In this document: piece after piece, positions 1 through 9,361 of the stretch
How the letters are laid out: each line of letters opens with the position of its first letter
How positions within the stretch are numbered: position 1 is the first letter of the stretch
Assembly (NCBI GenBank): GCA_042408195.1
Contig: JBHOQL010000045.1
Location: 282 to 64,281 of the forward strand
Length of the DNA: 64,000 bases
Source: Anaerolineae bacterium
Lineage (GTDB): Bacteria; Chloroflexota; Anaerolineae; SpSt-600
Reading direction: 5' to 3'
Made by a program: the position numbers and the translations under genes
The notes under the pieces: model-generated
Databases searched by the model: none
The model's input: the letters and a program-made list of their open reading frames with translations, nothing else
What the model was told of the DNA's origin: nothing

Positions 1-810
1 GAGTTCTTCAACCCAGCTGGTAGCGTAAAAGATCGCATCGCTGCATCCATGATAGAGGACGCCGAAGCCCGCGGCCTCATTAGACCAGGCGATACCATTG
101 TAGAGCCCACCAGTGGGAACACTGGGATAGGTTTAGCGATGGTGGCTGCGGCTAAAGGCTACAAACTCATCCTAACCATGCCCGAGAACATGACAGAAGA
201 GAGGAAAGCCCTTCTGCGTCTATTCGGTGCCGAACTCATCCTCACCCCAGCATCCGAGGGCATGGTCGGGGCAGTCCGGAAAGCAGAAGAGCTGGCCCGG
301 CTCCACGGCTACTTCATGCCTCAGCAATTTACCAACCCCGCTAATCCTGAGATCCACCGCCGTACCACTGCTGTGGAAATCCTGGAAGACACGGATGGGA
401 AACTGGATGCCTTCGTGGCTGGAGTAGGGACAGGAGGCACCATCACTGGAGTGGGCGAAGTCCTCAAAGAAAAAATTCCCGAGGTTCGCATCGTAGCCGT
501 GGAGCCGGCTCGCTCCCCTGTCCTTTCGGGCGGAAGTCCAGGACCTCACGGAATCCCGGGCATCGGTGCCGGCTTTGTCCCCGACGTCTTGAACCGCGAA
601 ATCATTGATGAAATCATAACGGTCACGGATGAAGATGCCCAGGAAACAATGTTGAAATTAGCCCAGGAAGAGGGGATATTGGCTGGAATATCCTCTGGCG
701 CCGCCATGTGGGCAGCTCTCCGGGTAGCCGAACGCCTTGGCCCTGGCAAGAGGGTTGTAGTAATGCTGCCCGATACTGGTGAGCGCTATTTGAGCTTCTT
801 AAGACTATAG
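1..810 (+). CDS. cysK: Cysteine synthase / O-acetylserine sulfhydrylase (PLP-dependent); 5' end lies outside the window
   Basis: Frame 1 is open from nt 1 ([22 protein letters not shown]...). It has the SVKDR PLP-lysine motif and the [10 protein letters not shown] and [10 protein letters not shown] loops typical of CysK/CysM. Stop at 808-810. Confidence 0.9.
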   Translation, partial: EFFNPAGSVKDRIAASMIEDAEARGLIRPGDTIVEPTSGNTGIGLAMVAAAKGYKLILTMPENMTEERKALLRLFGAELILTPASEGMVGAVRKAEELARLHGYFMPQQFTNPANPEIHRRTTAVEILEDTDGKLDAFVAGVGTGGTITGVGEVLKEKIPEVRIVAVEPARSPVLSGGSPGPHGIPGIGAGFVPDVLNREIIDEIITVTDEDAQETMLKLAQEEGILAGISSGAAMWAALRVAERLGPGKRVVVMLPDTGERYLSFLRL

Positions 811-984
811 AGGTGGACCTTGGCAAAGAGTTATAAAGGCGTGAAAAATTGTACATTTGCCCTGGCCTTGGCGATTTTGATCCTAAACTCCCTGTTCGGT
901 GCAAATTGCGGTCTATCGGAAAGGATAGAGATACCCCCCTTCATCCCCGAGTCTCTGACGATGAAGAAGTAGTCTCAATAACTA

Positions 985-2067
985 ATGGTCGCGTGGTCGT
1001 TTCCTTACCAAAAGATCCGCGACTTGGGGCTACGGCAAGGCCTGTGGTTTGCCCCCTTCCTGGTTGATAAGAAAGCGGCCTTATTAAAGCAGCATCCCGA
1101 CTGGTTCGTAAAAGATAAAAATGGCTCGCTGTACATCTACAGACAAGACCCCGGTGCCCCGGAAAGGTATGTCTTAGATGGTTCTCATCCAGAAGTGCAG
1201 GCATGGTTGGAAAGTCTCTTCAGAACCGCGGTTCATGATTGGGGATACGAATACTTGAAACTGGATTTCTTGCATGCGGGTGCAGTGGAAGGCAAAAGAC
1301 ATAACCCTACCATGACTTCCTTGGAAGCTTTGCGCCAGTGCTTGCTGGCAATTAGGAGAGGAGCAGGCGACAAGGCCTATATCCAGCAGGCTATAGGCCC
1401 ATGGTTGGCACCGGTGGGGATACTCAATGAGAGCCGCCTGGGCATGGATACCGAGTTTCGCCTGACCGCCGATCTGACCACCGCAGATATACCATGGCTC
1501 AATTGGCAATACGCCACCTGGTACATCCGGAACAACATAGCCGGTTACTTTGCCATGGGCAATCTATTCAACGTGCAGTCGGGTGAAGGGTTCAGGTTCG
1601 GTCCCTGGTCCTATCAAGAAGCGAAAACCCTTATCGCTACCTACGCGCTGAATGGCAACTTATGGCTCGCAGGAGATTTGACCTCCTTGTCTCTCGAAGA
1701 GATAAGTCTGCTTAATAACCAAGCCATCATTGCTTTGAGTAACTCCGGCTTGGGAGCCAAACCTGTAGATCTTTTTGAGAGGCCAGACTTTCTGGCTTCC
1801 TCGGGCGGTATTAATGTATTTGGAGATAGCCAGCGTTTAACCTATGGCGCTTTGCCTAATATTTGGTATGTGTCAGGCAAAGATATACGATTGATTGGCG
1901 TATTCAATTGGAGCAACCGCAAATTCGCAGTGATTTTGCCTTTGGCCAAGATTGGCCTGGATTCAAACGAAAAGTACTCCTTTTTGATGTCTGGACCGGC
2001 CAAAAAGTGGGAGAATATCGAGGAAGCATTACTCTGGTCATTGACGGTCACGCCCACAAGCTATTGA
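985..2067 (+). pseudogene. GH36 (Thermotoga GalA-type) alpha-galactosidase, C-terminal about two thirds only; likely a 5'-truncated remnant
   Basis: GLWFAPFLV...HPDWFVKDKNG...YEYLKLDFLHAGAV...SRLGMDTEF matches the GalA-type barrel from the GIWxAPF strand onward, including both catalytic Asp motifs (KxD and RxGxD). The N-terminal beta-sandwich and the DDGW strand are absent. A GLGDFDPKLP-like fragment sits upstream in a different frame (about 870-900), and there is a stop two codons before the ATG. Confidence 0.5.
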
Positions 2068-2359
2068 AAATAGATTGATTGAAAGGCAGAGCGGGTGAAG
2101 GTCAAACCCTGGGCTATCGCAGAAGACTGCCAGAAACGATTCTTCCACTGTAGCTCAAACGAACTTTGCCTGCACTGAAGCAGCAAGATATCATCCGAGT
2201 TGTAATCTTCCTTCCCACAATGCCTATTCCACCGCCTTCTCAGAGGACGGCCTTTAAACCTAAAGGCCCTATAGCCGGAAGTGGAACGCCGCTCCAAACC
2301 CGAGGGCGACAGACAAAGCGCCCACCGCTTCTCCCTCCGACCACTCGGAAAAGCTATCC

Positions 2360-2388
2360 TTTTCAATCCTACCCTTTTGTGGTATCAT
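2360..2388 (+). promoter_or_regulatory. Putative sigma-70 promoter (TTTTCA-17-TATCAT with upstream TG) for the thioesterase/DUF2207 operon
   Basis: ttttca at 2360-2365, 17-nt spacer ending in tgg, tatcat at 2383-2388. It lies 28 nt upstream of the ATG at 2416. Confidence 0.35.
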
Positions 2389-2415
2389 GGAGAAAAATTA
2401 AACGGAGGTAAAGGC

Positions 2416-2817
2416 ATGGATTTTGCCCTTTCGCCAGGCCTCAAAGCTGAAGTCCGGCGCAAAGTGACCCCCGAAATCACAGCACGCCACCTGGGAAGCG
2501 GCAACGTGGAAGTCCTGGCTACCCCAGCTATGATTGCCCTGATGGAGCAAGCAGCCGTTCAGGCGGTTGACCCCCTTCTACCTCCCGGTCTGAGGACTGT
2601 AGGAGTGGCAGTGGATGTCAAACACATAGCCCCGACACCAGTGGATATGGAAGTCCGGGCTACAGCTGAACTTCTGGAAATAGACGGCCGCAAACTGCTC
2701 TTCAAGGTTGAGGCCTACGATGAAAAGGAAAAAGTGGGCGAGGGTTTCCACCGCAGAGTTATAATTGACTTGGAGCAGTTTGCTGCCAGAATCTCAAGCA
2801 AAGGAGGAAATCAGTGA
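2416..2817 (+). CDS. Hotdog-fold thioesterase, FlK-like family
   Basis: The ATG at 2416 is preceded by GGAGG (2404-2408). VLATPAMIALMEQAAV...TVGVAVDVKHIAPTP...AELLEIDGRKLLFKVEAYDEKEKVGEGFHRRVII matches the FlK/thioesterase-superfamily pattern. The 45 codons upstream in the ORF track are low-complexity and lack an RBS. Confidence 0.7.
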   Translation: MDFALSPGLKAEVRRKVTPEITARHLGSGNVEVLATPAMIALMEQAAVQAVDPLLPPGLRTVGVAVDVKHIAPTPVDMEVRATAELLEIDGRKLLFKVEAYDEKEKVGEGFHRRVIIDLEQFAARISSKGGNQ

Positions 2818-4643
2818 AAAGATTGGCCCTGCTCGTTTTACTTTCCACTCTCCTTTTCCTCCTCCCCTCCCATTCTTTCGCCCAGAGCAGATCGCTCTTC
2901 TGGGAGCGCTTAGACGTTACCATAACGGTGATGCCCAACTCTGATATAAGGGTAGAAGAGGTATGGGAGGTAGTGTTTCAGGGAGGACCTTTCCGCTACG
3001 GTTACCGTGCCGTACCCATGAACAGGCTCACAGCCATAACCGATGTGGAGGTAGAAGGGGAAGGCCGGCTATACAACCTCTCCGATTCCGAGCAACCCTT
3101 CACGTTCAAAACCTTCAAAGAAGAGGATGAATTCATAATCAAGTGGTTCTTCCCACCGGTTTCCGACCGAAAAGCCTCTTTCCGGCTTTCTTACACGGTG
3201 AAAGGAGCCCTTCGCTTCTACAAAGGTGGGGACCAAATATGGTGGGTGGCTATTTTCCCCGATAGGGATTACCCTGTCCTCAATTCTACTGTAACCGTTT
3301 ACCTGCCCGAAGGAGCTAAAGCGGAAAAGGTGGCCTCTTATGGTCCCCCCACTGTCTGGGAAATATCTCCCGATGGCCAAGCTGTGACTTTCAGAACGCG
3401 GGAGGAAATAGGGCCTTATGAAAGCTTGGAAGTGCGGGTCCAGTTCCCCCATGGCATCGTGGCGGGAAGCCCCGCCCCATGGCAAAGGATTGAGGATGCG
3501 CGTCCCCTCTTGAATTTAGGCCTTGGGGCGCTGGGACTCTTCCTGGCCGTGGCTGGAGTCGCCGGAGTAATAGCTCTTTGGTATCTCAAGGGCCGGGATG
3601 TCCCAGTGCCAGAATTTGCTTCCTACTTGCCTGAGCCTCCTTCCGACCTGCCACCAGGCGTCGCAGGAACTTTGCTGGATGAGCAAGCCGACCTTCAGGA
3701 CATAATAGCCACGCTCGTGGACTTGGCCCGCAGGGGAGCCATTGAAATTGTGGAAAAGAGGGGCCCCTTCGGTAGCAGAAATATTAGCTTCAGGTTGATA
3801 GATTCAAGCTTGGCCGTCCACCCCTTTGAGACCAAACTCCTTTCAGCCATATTCGGGCGCGAGCACACCACTCGGAACCTCTCAGAGTTGAAAAATCGCT
3901 TTTACGCCCACATACCCGATATCCAAGAAGCTCTCTACAAGGAGGCCGTTAAGCGAGGGCTCTTCCCAGCCAACCCCCAGAGGGTAAGGACAAAGTACGG
4001 TTATTTGGGCTTAACCATCATCATCATGGCGGGCATCCTGTGGGTCTTGGCCCATTTCACCTTCAGCGTCATCGCCGAGTTCGGAGCCAGCGTCTGCCCA
4101 TCCCTTGGCCTTGCGGTCACGGGCCTCGCCTTTATGGTAGCAAGCAGGTATATGCCCCGAAAAACCCCTCAGGGTTCCGAGGAGGCAGCCCGCTGGAGGG
4201 CCTTCAAGCGCTACCTCCAGAACATTGAAAAATATGCAAAGCTGGAAGAGGCAAAAGAAATCTTTGAACGTTACCTCCCCTATGCCATCGCTTTCGGCTT
4301 GGAACGAAGTTGGGTTTCCAAGTTTGCCCAGGTTGATACTCCCGCTCCTCCCTGGTACATCCCGGATTACAGTTACCCAACGAGGCCTGTGGGAGGTGGG
4401 AGGGTTGGTAGGGCTGCCCCCATTCCCACACCTGAAGGTTTGGGACTCCCTTCCCTGGAATCGGCTTCCGAAAGTATATTCTCTTCCCTCAACAGCATTT
4501 CGGATGGCCTTCTTTCCACCCTTGAAGCTGCTGCCTCTACTTTCACCAGTACTCCTTCTCCGAAAGGGGGCGGAGGCAGGGGATGGAGTGGAGGCGGCAG
4601 AATCGGTGGGGGCGGAGGCGGTGGAAGGGGTGGATTCGGATAA
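2814..4643 (+). CDS. DUF2207-type membrane protein (signal peptide, extracytoplasmic domain, TM segments, Gly-rich tail)
   Basis: GTG start overlaps the upstream stop (GTGA). N-terminal signal MKRLALLVLLSTLLFLLPSHSFA, then LFWERLDVTITV..., central hydrophobic helices, and a C-terminal GGGGRGWSGGGRIGGGGGGGRGGFG tail. Confidence 0.75.
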   Translation: MKRLALLVLLSTLLFLLPSHSFAQSRSLFWERLDVTITVMPNSDIRVEEVWEVVFQGGPFRYGYRAVPMNRLTAITDVEVEGEGRLYNLSDSEQPFTFKTFKEEDEFIIKWFFPPVSDRKASFRLSYTVKGALRFYKGGDQIWWVAIFPDRDYPVLNSTVTVYLPEGAKAEKVASYGPPTVWEISPDGQAVTFRTREEIGPYESLEVRVQFPHGIVAGSPAPWQRIEDARPLLNLGLGALGLFLAVAGVAGVIALWYLKGRDVPVPEFASYLPEPPSDLPPGVAGTLLDEQADLQDIIATLVDLARRGAIEIVEKRGPFGSRNISFRLIDSSLAVHPFETKLLSAIFGREHTTRNLSELKNRFYAHIPDIQEALYKEAVKRGLFPANPQRVRTKYGYLGLTIIIMAGILWVLAHFTFSVIAEFGASVCPSLGLAVTGLAFMVASRYMPRKTPQGSEEAARWRAFKRYLQNIEKYAKLEEAKEIFERYLPYAIAFGLERSWVSKFAQVDTPAPPWYIPDYSYPTRPVGGGRVGRAAPIPTPEGLGLPSLESASESIFSSLNSISDGLLSTLEAAASTFTSTPSPKGGGGRGWSGGGRIGGGGGGGRGGFG

Positions 4644-4656
4644 TTGAGGAGGAACC

Positions 4657-5196
4657 ATGGTCGGAGCAGGCAAACTCATCGGTGCTATCCTTATTGCAGT
4701 AGGCCTTGTTGTGGCTCTGCTGGCAGGTGTCTACCTCTTTGCGGGCTACGCTGAAGGAAGGATTTCTCTCCCCGCTGTTGTTCTGGGCCTTTCATTAGCG
4801 ATCATTGCCGTAACCATGCCCGCCGCTGGGGTTGGGATTTACCTTTTGGCGAAAGGACGCAGCGAAGAAGCCCAGTTTGCCCAGGTGGAGAAGGAGCGGA
4901 AAATCCTGAATATGGTGCTCGCCCAGGGTAAAGTCCGCTTTGCCGAAATAGCCCTGGAGCTAAACGTCCCCAGGGACCAGGTAGAAGACCTGGTCCGCTC
5001 GCTGGTGGGGAAAAACCTCTTCAGTGGCGCTATCAACTGGCAGGATGGAATCCTCTATTCAAAGGAACTCGCTCAGTTCAACATCGACCGGAAATGCCCC
5101 AACTGCGGTGGGCAGTTGGAGATAGCGGGCAAAGGCGTGATAAAGTGCCCATGGTGCGGCTCCGAAGTGTTCATCCACCGGGACTTTACAGCCTGA
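4657..5196 (+). CDS. Membrane-anchored protein with a winged-helix-like middle region and a C-terminal zinc ribbon
   Basis: Two N-terminal hydrophobic helices, and CPNCGG...CPWCGS (CxxC-x16-CxxC) at the C terminus. AGGAGG RBS 5-6 nt upstream. It starts 14 nt after the DUF2207 gene. Confidence 0.6.
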   Translation: MVGAGKLIGAILIAVGLVVALLAGVYLFAGYAEGRISLPAVVLGLSLAIIAVTMPAAGVGIYLLAKGRSEEAQFAQVEKERKILNMVLAQGKVRFAEIALELNVPRDQVEDLVRSLVGKNLFSGAINWQDGILYSKELAQFNIDRKCPNCGGQLEIAGKGVIKCPWCGSEVFIHRDFTA

Positions 5197-5253
5197 TAGC
5201 GCTAGGCCTTGCCTCAGACTTTCACCTTGGCCTCACTGGGAAGAGGAGGCAAT

Positions 5254-5475
5254 GTGCATACTTTTATTGGCGAAGTGGTGGAGATATTTGAGGAGGGAGA
5301 GGAACGCAAAGCCCGGGTAAAAGTGGGTGGAGCTTTCATCAAAGCCAGCATTGAGCTATTGACCGAAGTGAAAGTGGGCGATAAAATAATCCTCTGCGCT
5401 GGGGTCGCCCTGGGGAAACTAGCTGAGGAGGAAGAGGATGTGCTTAGGAGTACCGGGCAAGGTCATAAGCATTGA
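5254..5475 (+). CDS. HypC/HupF-like OB-fold protein lacking the N-terminal Cys
   Basis: GTG at 5254 lies 4 nt after GAGGAGG (5243-5249). GEVVEIFEEGEERKARVKVGGAFIKASIELLTEVKVGDKIILCAGVALGKL parallels the HypC layout, but the N terminus is MHTF instead of MCxG. Its 3' end overlaps hypC by 38 nt. Confidence 0.5.
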   Translation: MHTFIGEVVEIFEEGEERKARVKVGGAFIKASIELLTEVKVGDKIILCAGVALGKLAEEEEDVLRSTGQGHKH

Positions 5476-5680
5476 AGAGAACCCGCTAGGCATAACTATG
5501 GGTAAGGTAAGCTTTGGAGGGATAGTAAAGGATGTTTGCCTTGCCTACATTCCCGACGTTAAAGTGGGGGATTACGTTATAGTCCATGTGGGCTTTGCCA
5601 TAAGCAAGATCGATGAAGAGCAAGCGCACTCCATTTTTGAGTTTCTGCAGCAGATAGCGGAGTTGGAAAGCGAAGCATGA
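5438..5680 (+). CDS. hypC: [NiFe]-hydrogenase maturation chaperone HypC
   Basis: [13 protein letters not shown]...[21 protein letters not shown] is the canonical HypC signature, with Cys2. Confidence 0.9.
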   Translation: MCLGVPGKVISIEENPLGITMGKVSFGGIVKDVCLAYIPDVKVGDYVIVHVGFAISKIDEEQAHSIFEFLQQIAELESEA

Positions 5681-6765
5681 AGTTCATAGATGAATACCGC
5701 AGGGAAGAGGACGCCCGCAAACTAGTCAATGCTATCCACCGCCTTGTAACGAGGCCGTGGGTTATCATGGAGGTCTGTGGCGGCCAAACCCACACTATCC
5801 TGAAGTCCGGAATAGACCGCCTCCTCCCTCCTGAAGTTACGGTGGTGCACGGGCCAGGATGCCCGGTATGCGTGACCCCCCTCGAGCTTATAGACAAAGC
5901 CATTGCCCTCGCCAGCACACCCGGCGTGATTTTCACCTCCTTCGGGGATATGTTAAGGGTTCCGGGGAGCAATGGAGACCTTCTCAGCGCCAAAGCGCAA
6001 GGGGGCGATGTCCGGATGGTCTATTCTCCCCTTGATGCCTTGCGCCTGGCTCAGAAAAACCCCGATAGGGAAGTTGTGTTCTTCGCCGTGGGCTTCGAGA
6101 CCACTGCCCCCGCCAATGCCATGGCTGTTTGGCAGGCCAAGCAGATGGGGTTAAAGAACTTTTCCATCCTCTGTGCCCAGGTCAGGGTTCCCCCTGCCCT
6201 TGAACTAATCCTGAACGACCCCGATAACATGGTGCAGGGTTTCCTGGCAGCTGGCCACGTCTGCACAGTTATGGGCTACTGGGAATACGAGCCCATAGCC
6301 GAAAGATATAGGGTCCCCATCGTCGTCACTGGCTTTGAACCTCTGGACCTCCTCCAAGGAATTTACATGGTCCTGAAGGCCCTGGAGGAGGGGAGGTGGG
6401 GGGTAGAGAACCAGTACGTCCGCTCGGTGCGGAGGGAAGGCAACGTCCAAGCTCAGAAACTGATGAACGAAGTCTTCAAGATATGCGACCGCCAATGGCG
6501 GGGGATCGGAATTGTGCGAGGTGGAGGCCTCTGCCTGCGGCCCGAGTATTCCGAGTTTGATGCTGAAAGGCGCTTTGGCCTGCAGGACATGATTGTTTCC
6601 GAATCGGCCGTGTGCATAGCTGGTGAGATACTGCAGGGTAAAAAGAAACCCCCCGATTGCCCCTCTTTCGGAGGGGATTGCACTCCTGAGCATCCCTTGG
6701 GCGCACCAATGGTTTCTTCGGAGGGTGCCTGCGCGGCTTACTACCAGTACGGGAGGGGGAAGTGA
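5677..6765 (+). CDS. hypD: [NiFe]-hydrogenase maturation protein HypD
   Basis: [16 protein letters not shown]...[11 protein letters not shown]...[10 protein letters not shown]...FETT, with C-terminal Cys motifs. ATGA overlap with hypC. Confidence 0.95.
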   Translation: MKFIDEYRREEDARKLVNAIHRLVTRPWVIMEVCGGQTHTILKSGIDRLLPPEVTVVHGPGCPVCVTPLELIDKAIALASTPGVIFTSFGDMLRVPGSNGDLLSAKAQGGDVRMVYSPLDALRLAQKNPDREVVFFAVGFETTAPANAMAVWQAKQMGLKNFSILCAQVRVPPALELILNDPDNMVQGFLAAGHVCTVMGYWEYEPIAERYRVPIVVTGFEPLDLLQGIYMVLKALEEGRWGVENQYVRSVRREGNVQAQKLMNEVFKICDRQWRGIGIVRGGGLCLRPEYSEFDAERRFGLQDMIVSESAVCIAGEILQGKKKPPDCPSFGGDCTPEHPLGAPMVSSEGACAAYYQYGRGK

Positions 6766-7802
6766 GCTTCCAATGCCCGATCCCTATATCCGAATATCCG
6801 ACCATACTCTTAGCCCACGGGGGCGGAGGAAAACTCACCCAGATGCTTATAGAGCGGGTTTTCCTTCCAGCTTTCGCCAACTCCGCCCTGGAAGTCCTCC
6901 ACGATGGAGCCATCCTGGAAATAGGAGAGGCACGCCTCGCTTTTACCACCGACTCCTTTGTGGTCAGCCCTATTTTCTTCCCCGGTGGGGACATAGGCTG
7001 CCTGGCTGTCTATGGAACTGTAAATGACCTGGCCATGTGCGGGGCTAAGCCGCTGGCCCTTTCGGCCGGATTTATCTTAGAAGAAGGCTTCCCCATGGCC
7101 GACCTCTGCCGGGTTGTGGAATCTATGAGAGAAGCAGCCGCCAGGGTTGGTGTCCCCATTGTCACGGGCGATACTAAGGTGGTGGACAGGGGCAAGGGCG
7201 ATGGGATTTTCATAAACACCACAGGCATAGGCCTCATCCCACCTGGAATTCACATTTCGCCTAAAAGGGCGAGACCAGGAGACCTGGTCCTCGTGAACGG
7301 GGCCATAGCTGTGCACGGAATCGCTATTATGTCCGTAAGGGAAGGGCTTGAATTTGAAACCACCCTCACCAGCGATACAGCTCCCTTGCACGACCTCGTC
7401 GCCAGGATACTAGAGGTGGGAGGGGACAAAGTCCACGTCCTCAGGGACCCGACGAGAGGAGGGGTGGCCAGCGCCCTCAACGAAATCGCAGCCAGAGCTA
7501 GGGTAGGGATCGTCCTGGACGAGGCCTCTATTCCCATATGGGAGGAAGTAAAAGGGGCCTGCGAAATCCTGGGGCTCGACCCCCTGTACGTGGCTAATGA
7601 GGGCAAGTGCATAGCCATTGTGGCCCGAGATAAGGCAGAAGAAGTGCTGGAAGTCATGCGAGCCCACCCTCAGGGGAAAGAATCAGCTATAATTGGCGAA
7701 GTAGTAGAAGAGCACCCTGGGCAAGTAGTCTTGCGGAGCAAAATCGGTGGGATGAGGGTGGTGGATATGCTCAGTGGGGAGCAGTTGCCTCGCATATGCT
7801 AA
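6762..7802 (+). CDS. hypE: [NiFe]-hydrogenase maturation protein HypE (carbamoyl dehydratase)
   Basis: PurM-like fold ([36 protein letters not shown]) and the diagnostic C-terminal PRIC. GTGA overlap with hypD. Confidence 0.95.
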   Translation: MSFQCPIPISEYPTILLAHGGGGKLTQMLIERVFLPAFANSALEVLHDGAILEIGEARLAFTTDSFVVSPIFFPGGDIGCLAVYGTVNDLAMCGAKPLALSAGFILEEGFPMADLCRVVESMREAAARVGVPIVTGDTKVVDRGKGDGIFINTTGIGLIPPGIHISPKRARPGDLVLVNGAIAVHGIAIMSVREGLEFETTLTSDTAPLHDLVARILEVGGDKVHVLRDPTRGGVASALNEIAARARVGIVLDEASIPIWEEVKGACEILGLDPLYVANEGKCIAIVARDKAEEVLEVMRAHPQGKESAIIGEVVEEHPGQVVLRSKIGGMRVVDMLSGEQLPRIC

Positions 7803-7813
7803 GGAGGTGAACA

Positions 7814-8608
7814 ATGCCTGCGGTGGATATTTCCGAACATGTATGTATACATTACGAAGAGGTAAATCCTTCGGGTTCCCCTCCCGTTCTCTTGTTGCAC
7901 GGCCTTGGCTCCGCCGGTGCCGACTGGGCTTTTCAGTTTGAGGCCTTATCCGGGGCCGGTTTCCGTATCCTTGCCCCGGACTTAAGGGGCTTCGGCCGCT
8001 CCAGTGCTCCGCCGAAGGTCACAGTAAAAGCCATGGCCGATGACATGGCCCTTTTCCTGAAAAAGCTCAACGCTTACCCCGCCCACGTGGTTGGTATATC
8101 CATGGGCGGAACGGTGGCTTTGCAGCTCGCTCTGGACCATCCGGAACTGGTCCGCAAGCTGGCCCTGGTCAACACCTTTGCTAAGCTGAAGTTCACGAGC
8201 CTGCGGGAAATCCTATACCTCCTCACCAGAGTGGTCCTGGCTTTCCTCCTGGGGCCTGAGAAACAAGCAGATATGGTAGCCTGGCGAGTCTTCCCTCGCC
8301 CGGAGCAGGAAAACCTCCGCAACAATCTGAAGCAGCGCATCCTACACACAAACCCCTGCTCCTACCGTTCGGCCCTTCAATCCCTTCAGAAGTTTGATGT
8401 TTCCCACCGGCTCAAGGAGTTGAAGGTGCCCGTTCTGGTAGTTACCGGAGCCGAGGATACGACTGTTCCCCCAAAGGTTCAAGAGGAGATGGCCCGGGCC
8501 ATTCCTGGCGCAAAGCATGTTGTTGTGGAGGGAAGCGGACACGGCGTCATAGCCGATAATCCCGAAACCTTCAACAGAATCCTGCTGGAATTCTTGACCG
8601 GAGCCTGA
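7814..8608 (+). CDS. Alpha/beta-fold hydrolase
   Basis: HGLGS oxyanion motif, GISMGG nucleophile elbow, C-terminal GHGV. Confidence 0.85.
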   Translation: MPAVDISEHVCIHYEEVNPSGSPPVLLLHGLGSAGADWAFQFEALSGAGFRILAPDLRGFGRSSAPPKVTVKAMADDMALFLKKLNAYPAHVVGISMGGTVALQLALDHPELVRKLALVNTFAKLKFTSLREILYLLTRVVLAFLLGPEKQADMVAWRVFPRPEQENLRNNLKQRILHTNPCSYRSALQSLQKFDVSHRLKELKVPVLVVTGAEDTTVPPKVQEEMARAIPGAKHVVVEGSGHGVIADNPETFNRILLEFLTGA

Positions 8609-8611
8609 GGT

Positions 8612-9310
8612 ATGGTGGAAATTGAAGGCCTGGTGAAATCTTTCGGCCGCAGGGAAGTCTTGAGGGGGATCGATCTTAAAGTTGACAGAGGGGATTTCGC
8701 AATCATCATGGGACCCAACGGGACCGGAAAGACCACCCTCCTCCGTCTAATAGCCACGGTCATAAAGCCAGATAGAGGACGGATAAAGGTCTGCGGTTTT
8801 CCCCTCCCGGAGAAAGCGCCTGAAGCCCGCAGTAAGATAGGATTTTTGACCCACAGCCCTTTCTTATACGATGAACTCACGGCCAGGGAAAACCTCCTCT
8901 TCCATGCCAGCCTTTTCTCAGTGCGAGAGCCAGAGAGGCGCGTTGCGGAACTCCTTGAACTGGTGGGCCTTGAGGGGAGAGCCGATGAGAGGGTGCGGAC
9001 CTTTTCCCGGGGCATGCTTCAGAGACTTGCCATTGCCCGTGCCCTCCTCCACGACCCCCCTCTTCTGCTTTTAGATGAGCCCTTTACCGGCCTGGACCAG
9101 AGGGCTGCAGAAGTGCTCCTGGACCTGCTCAAGTATTTTCCTCAGGAAGGACGAGCAGTAATAATGACCACCCATCAGGCAGATGAAGCCCTTACCTTGG
9201 CTAACAGAATCCTCGTGCTGCACAAGGGAAAGTTTGTGGCTGAATTTACAGGTAAAGAGCTAAAGCCTGAAATTTTCCGTAAACAGTATTCGGAGTTGAT
9301 ATCCCGATAA
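8612..9310 (+). CDS. ABC transporter ATP-binding protein (CcmA-like) with no adjacent permease
   Basis: Walker A GPNGTGKTT, signature FSRGMLQR, Walker B LLLLDEP. It is followed directly by a terminator hairpin. Confidence 0.85.
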   Translation: MVEIEGLVKSFGRREVLRGIDLKVDRGDFAIIMGPNGTGKTTLLRLIATVIKPDRGRIKVCGFPLPEKAPEARSKIGFLTHSPFLYDELTARENLLFHASLFSVREPERRVAELLELVGLEGRADERVRTFSRGMLQRLAIARALLHDPPLLLLDEPFTGLDQRAAEVLLDLLKYFPQEGRAVIMTTHQADEALTLANRILVLHKGKFVAEFTGKELKPEIFRKQYSELISR

Positions 9311-9316
9311 CGAAAA

Positions 9317-9339
9317 AGGGCGGGCTCAATGCCCGCCCT
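9317..9339. terminator. Hairpin between convergent genes (ABC ATPase / aor)
   Basis: agggcgggc-tcaat-gcccgccct is a 9-bp GC-rich stem, preceded by AAAAA on the + strand. It lies between two convergent stops. Confidence 0.6.
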
Positions 9340-9361
9340 GGTGTTCCCCCTTAGCGCCTAG

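Noticed and set aside
5251-5262. ATG-TGC (Met-Cys) at 5252-5257 as a canonical HypC start for the upstream hypC-like ORF
   Set aside because: That ATG is in a different frame, which translates to MCILLLAKWWR... and does not continue as a HypC-like sequence. The HypC-like frame begins at GTG 5254.
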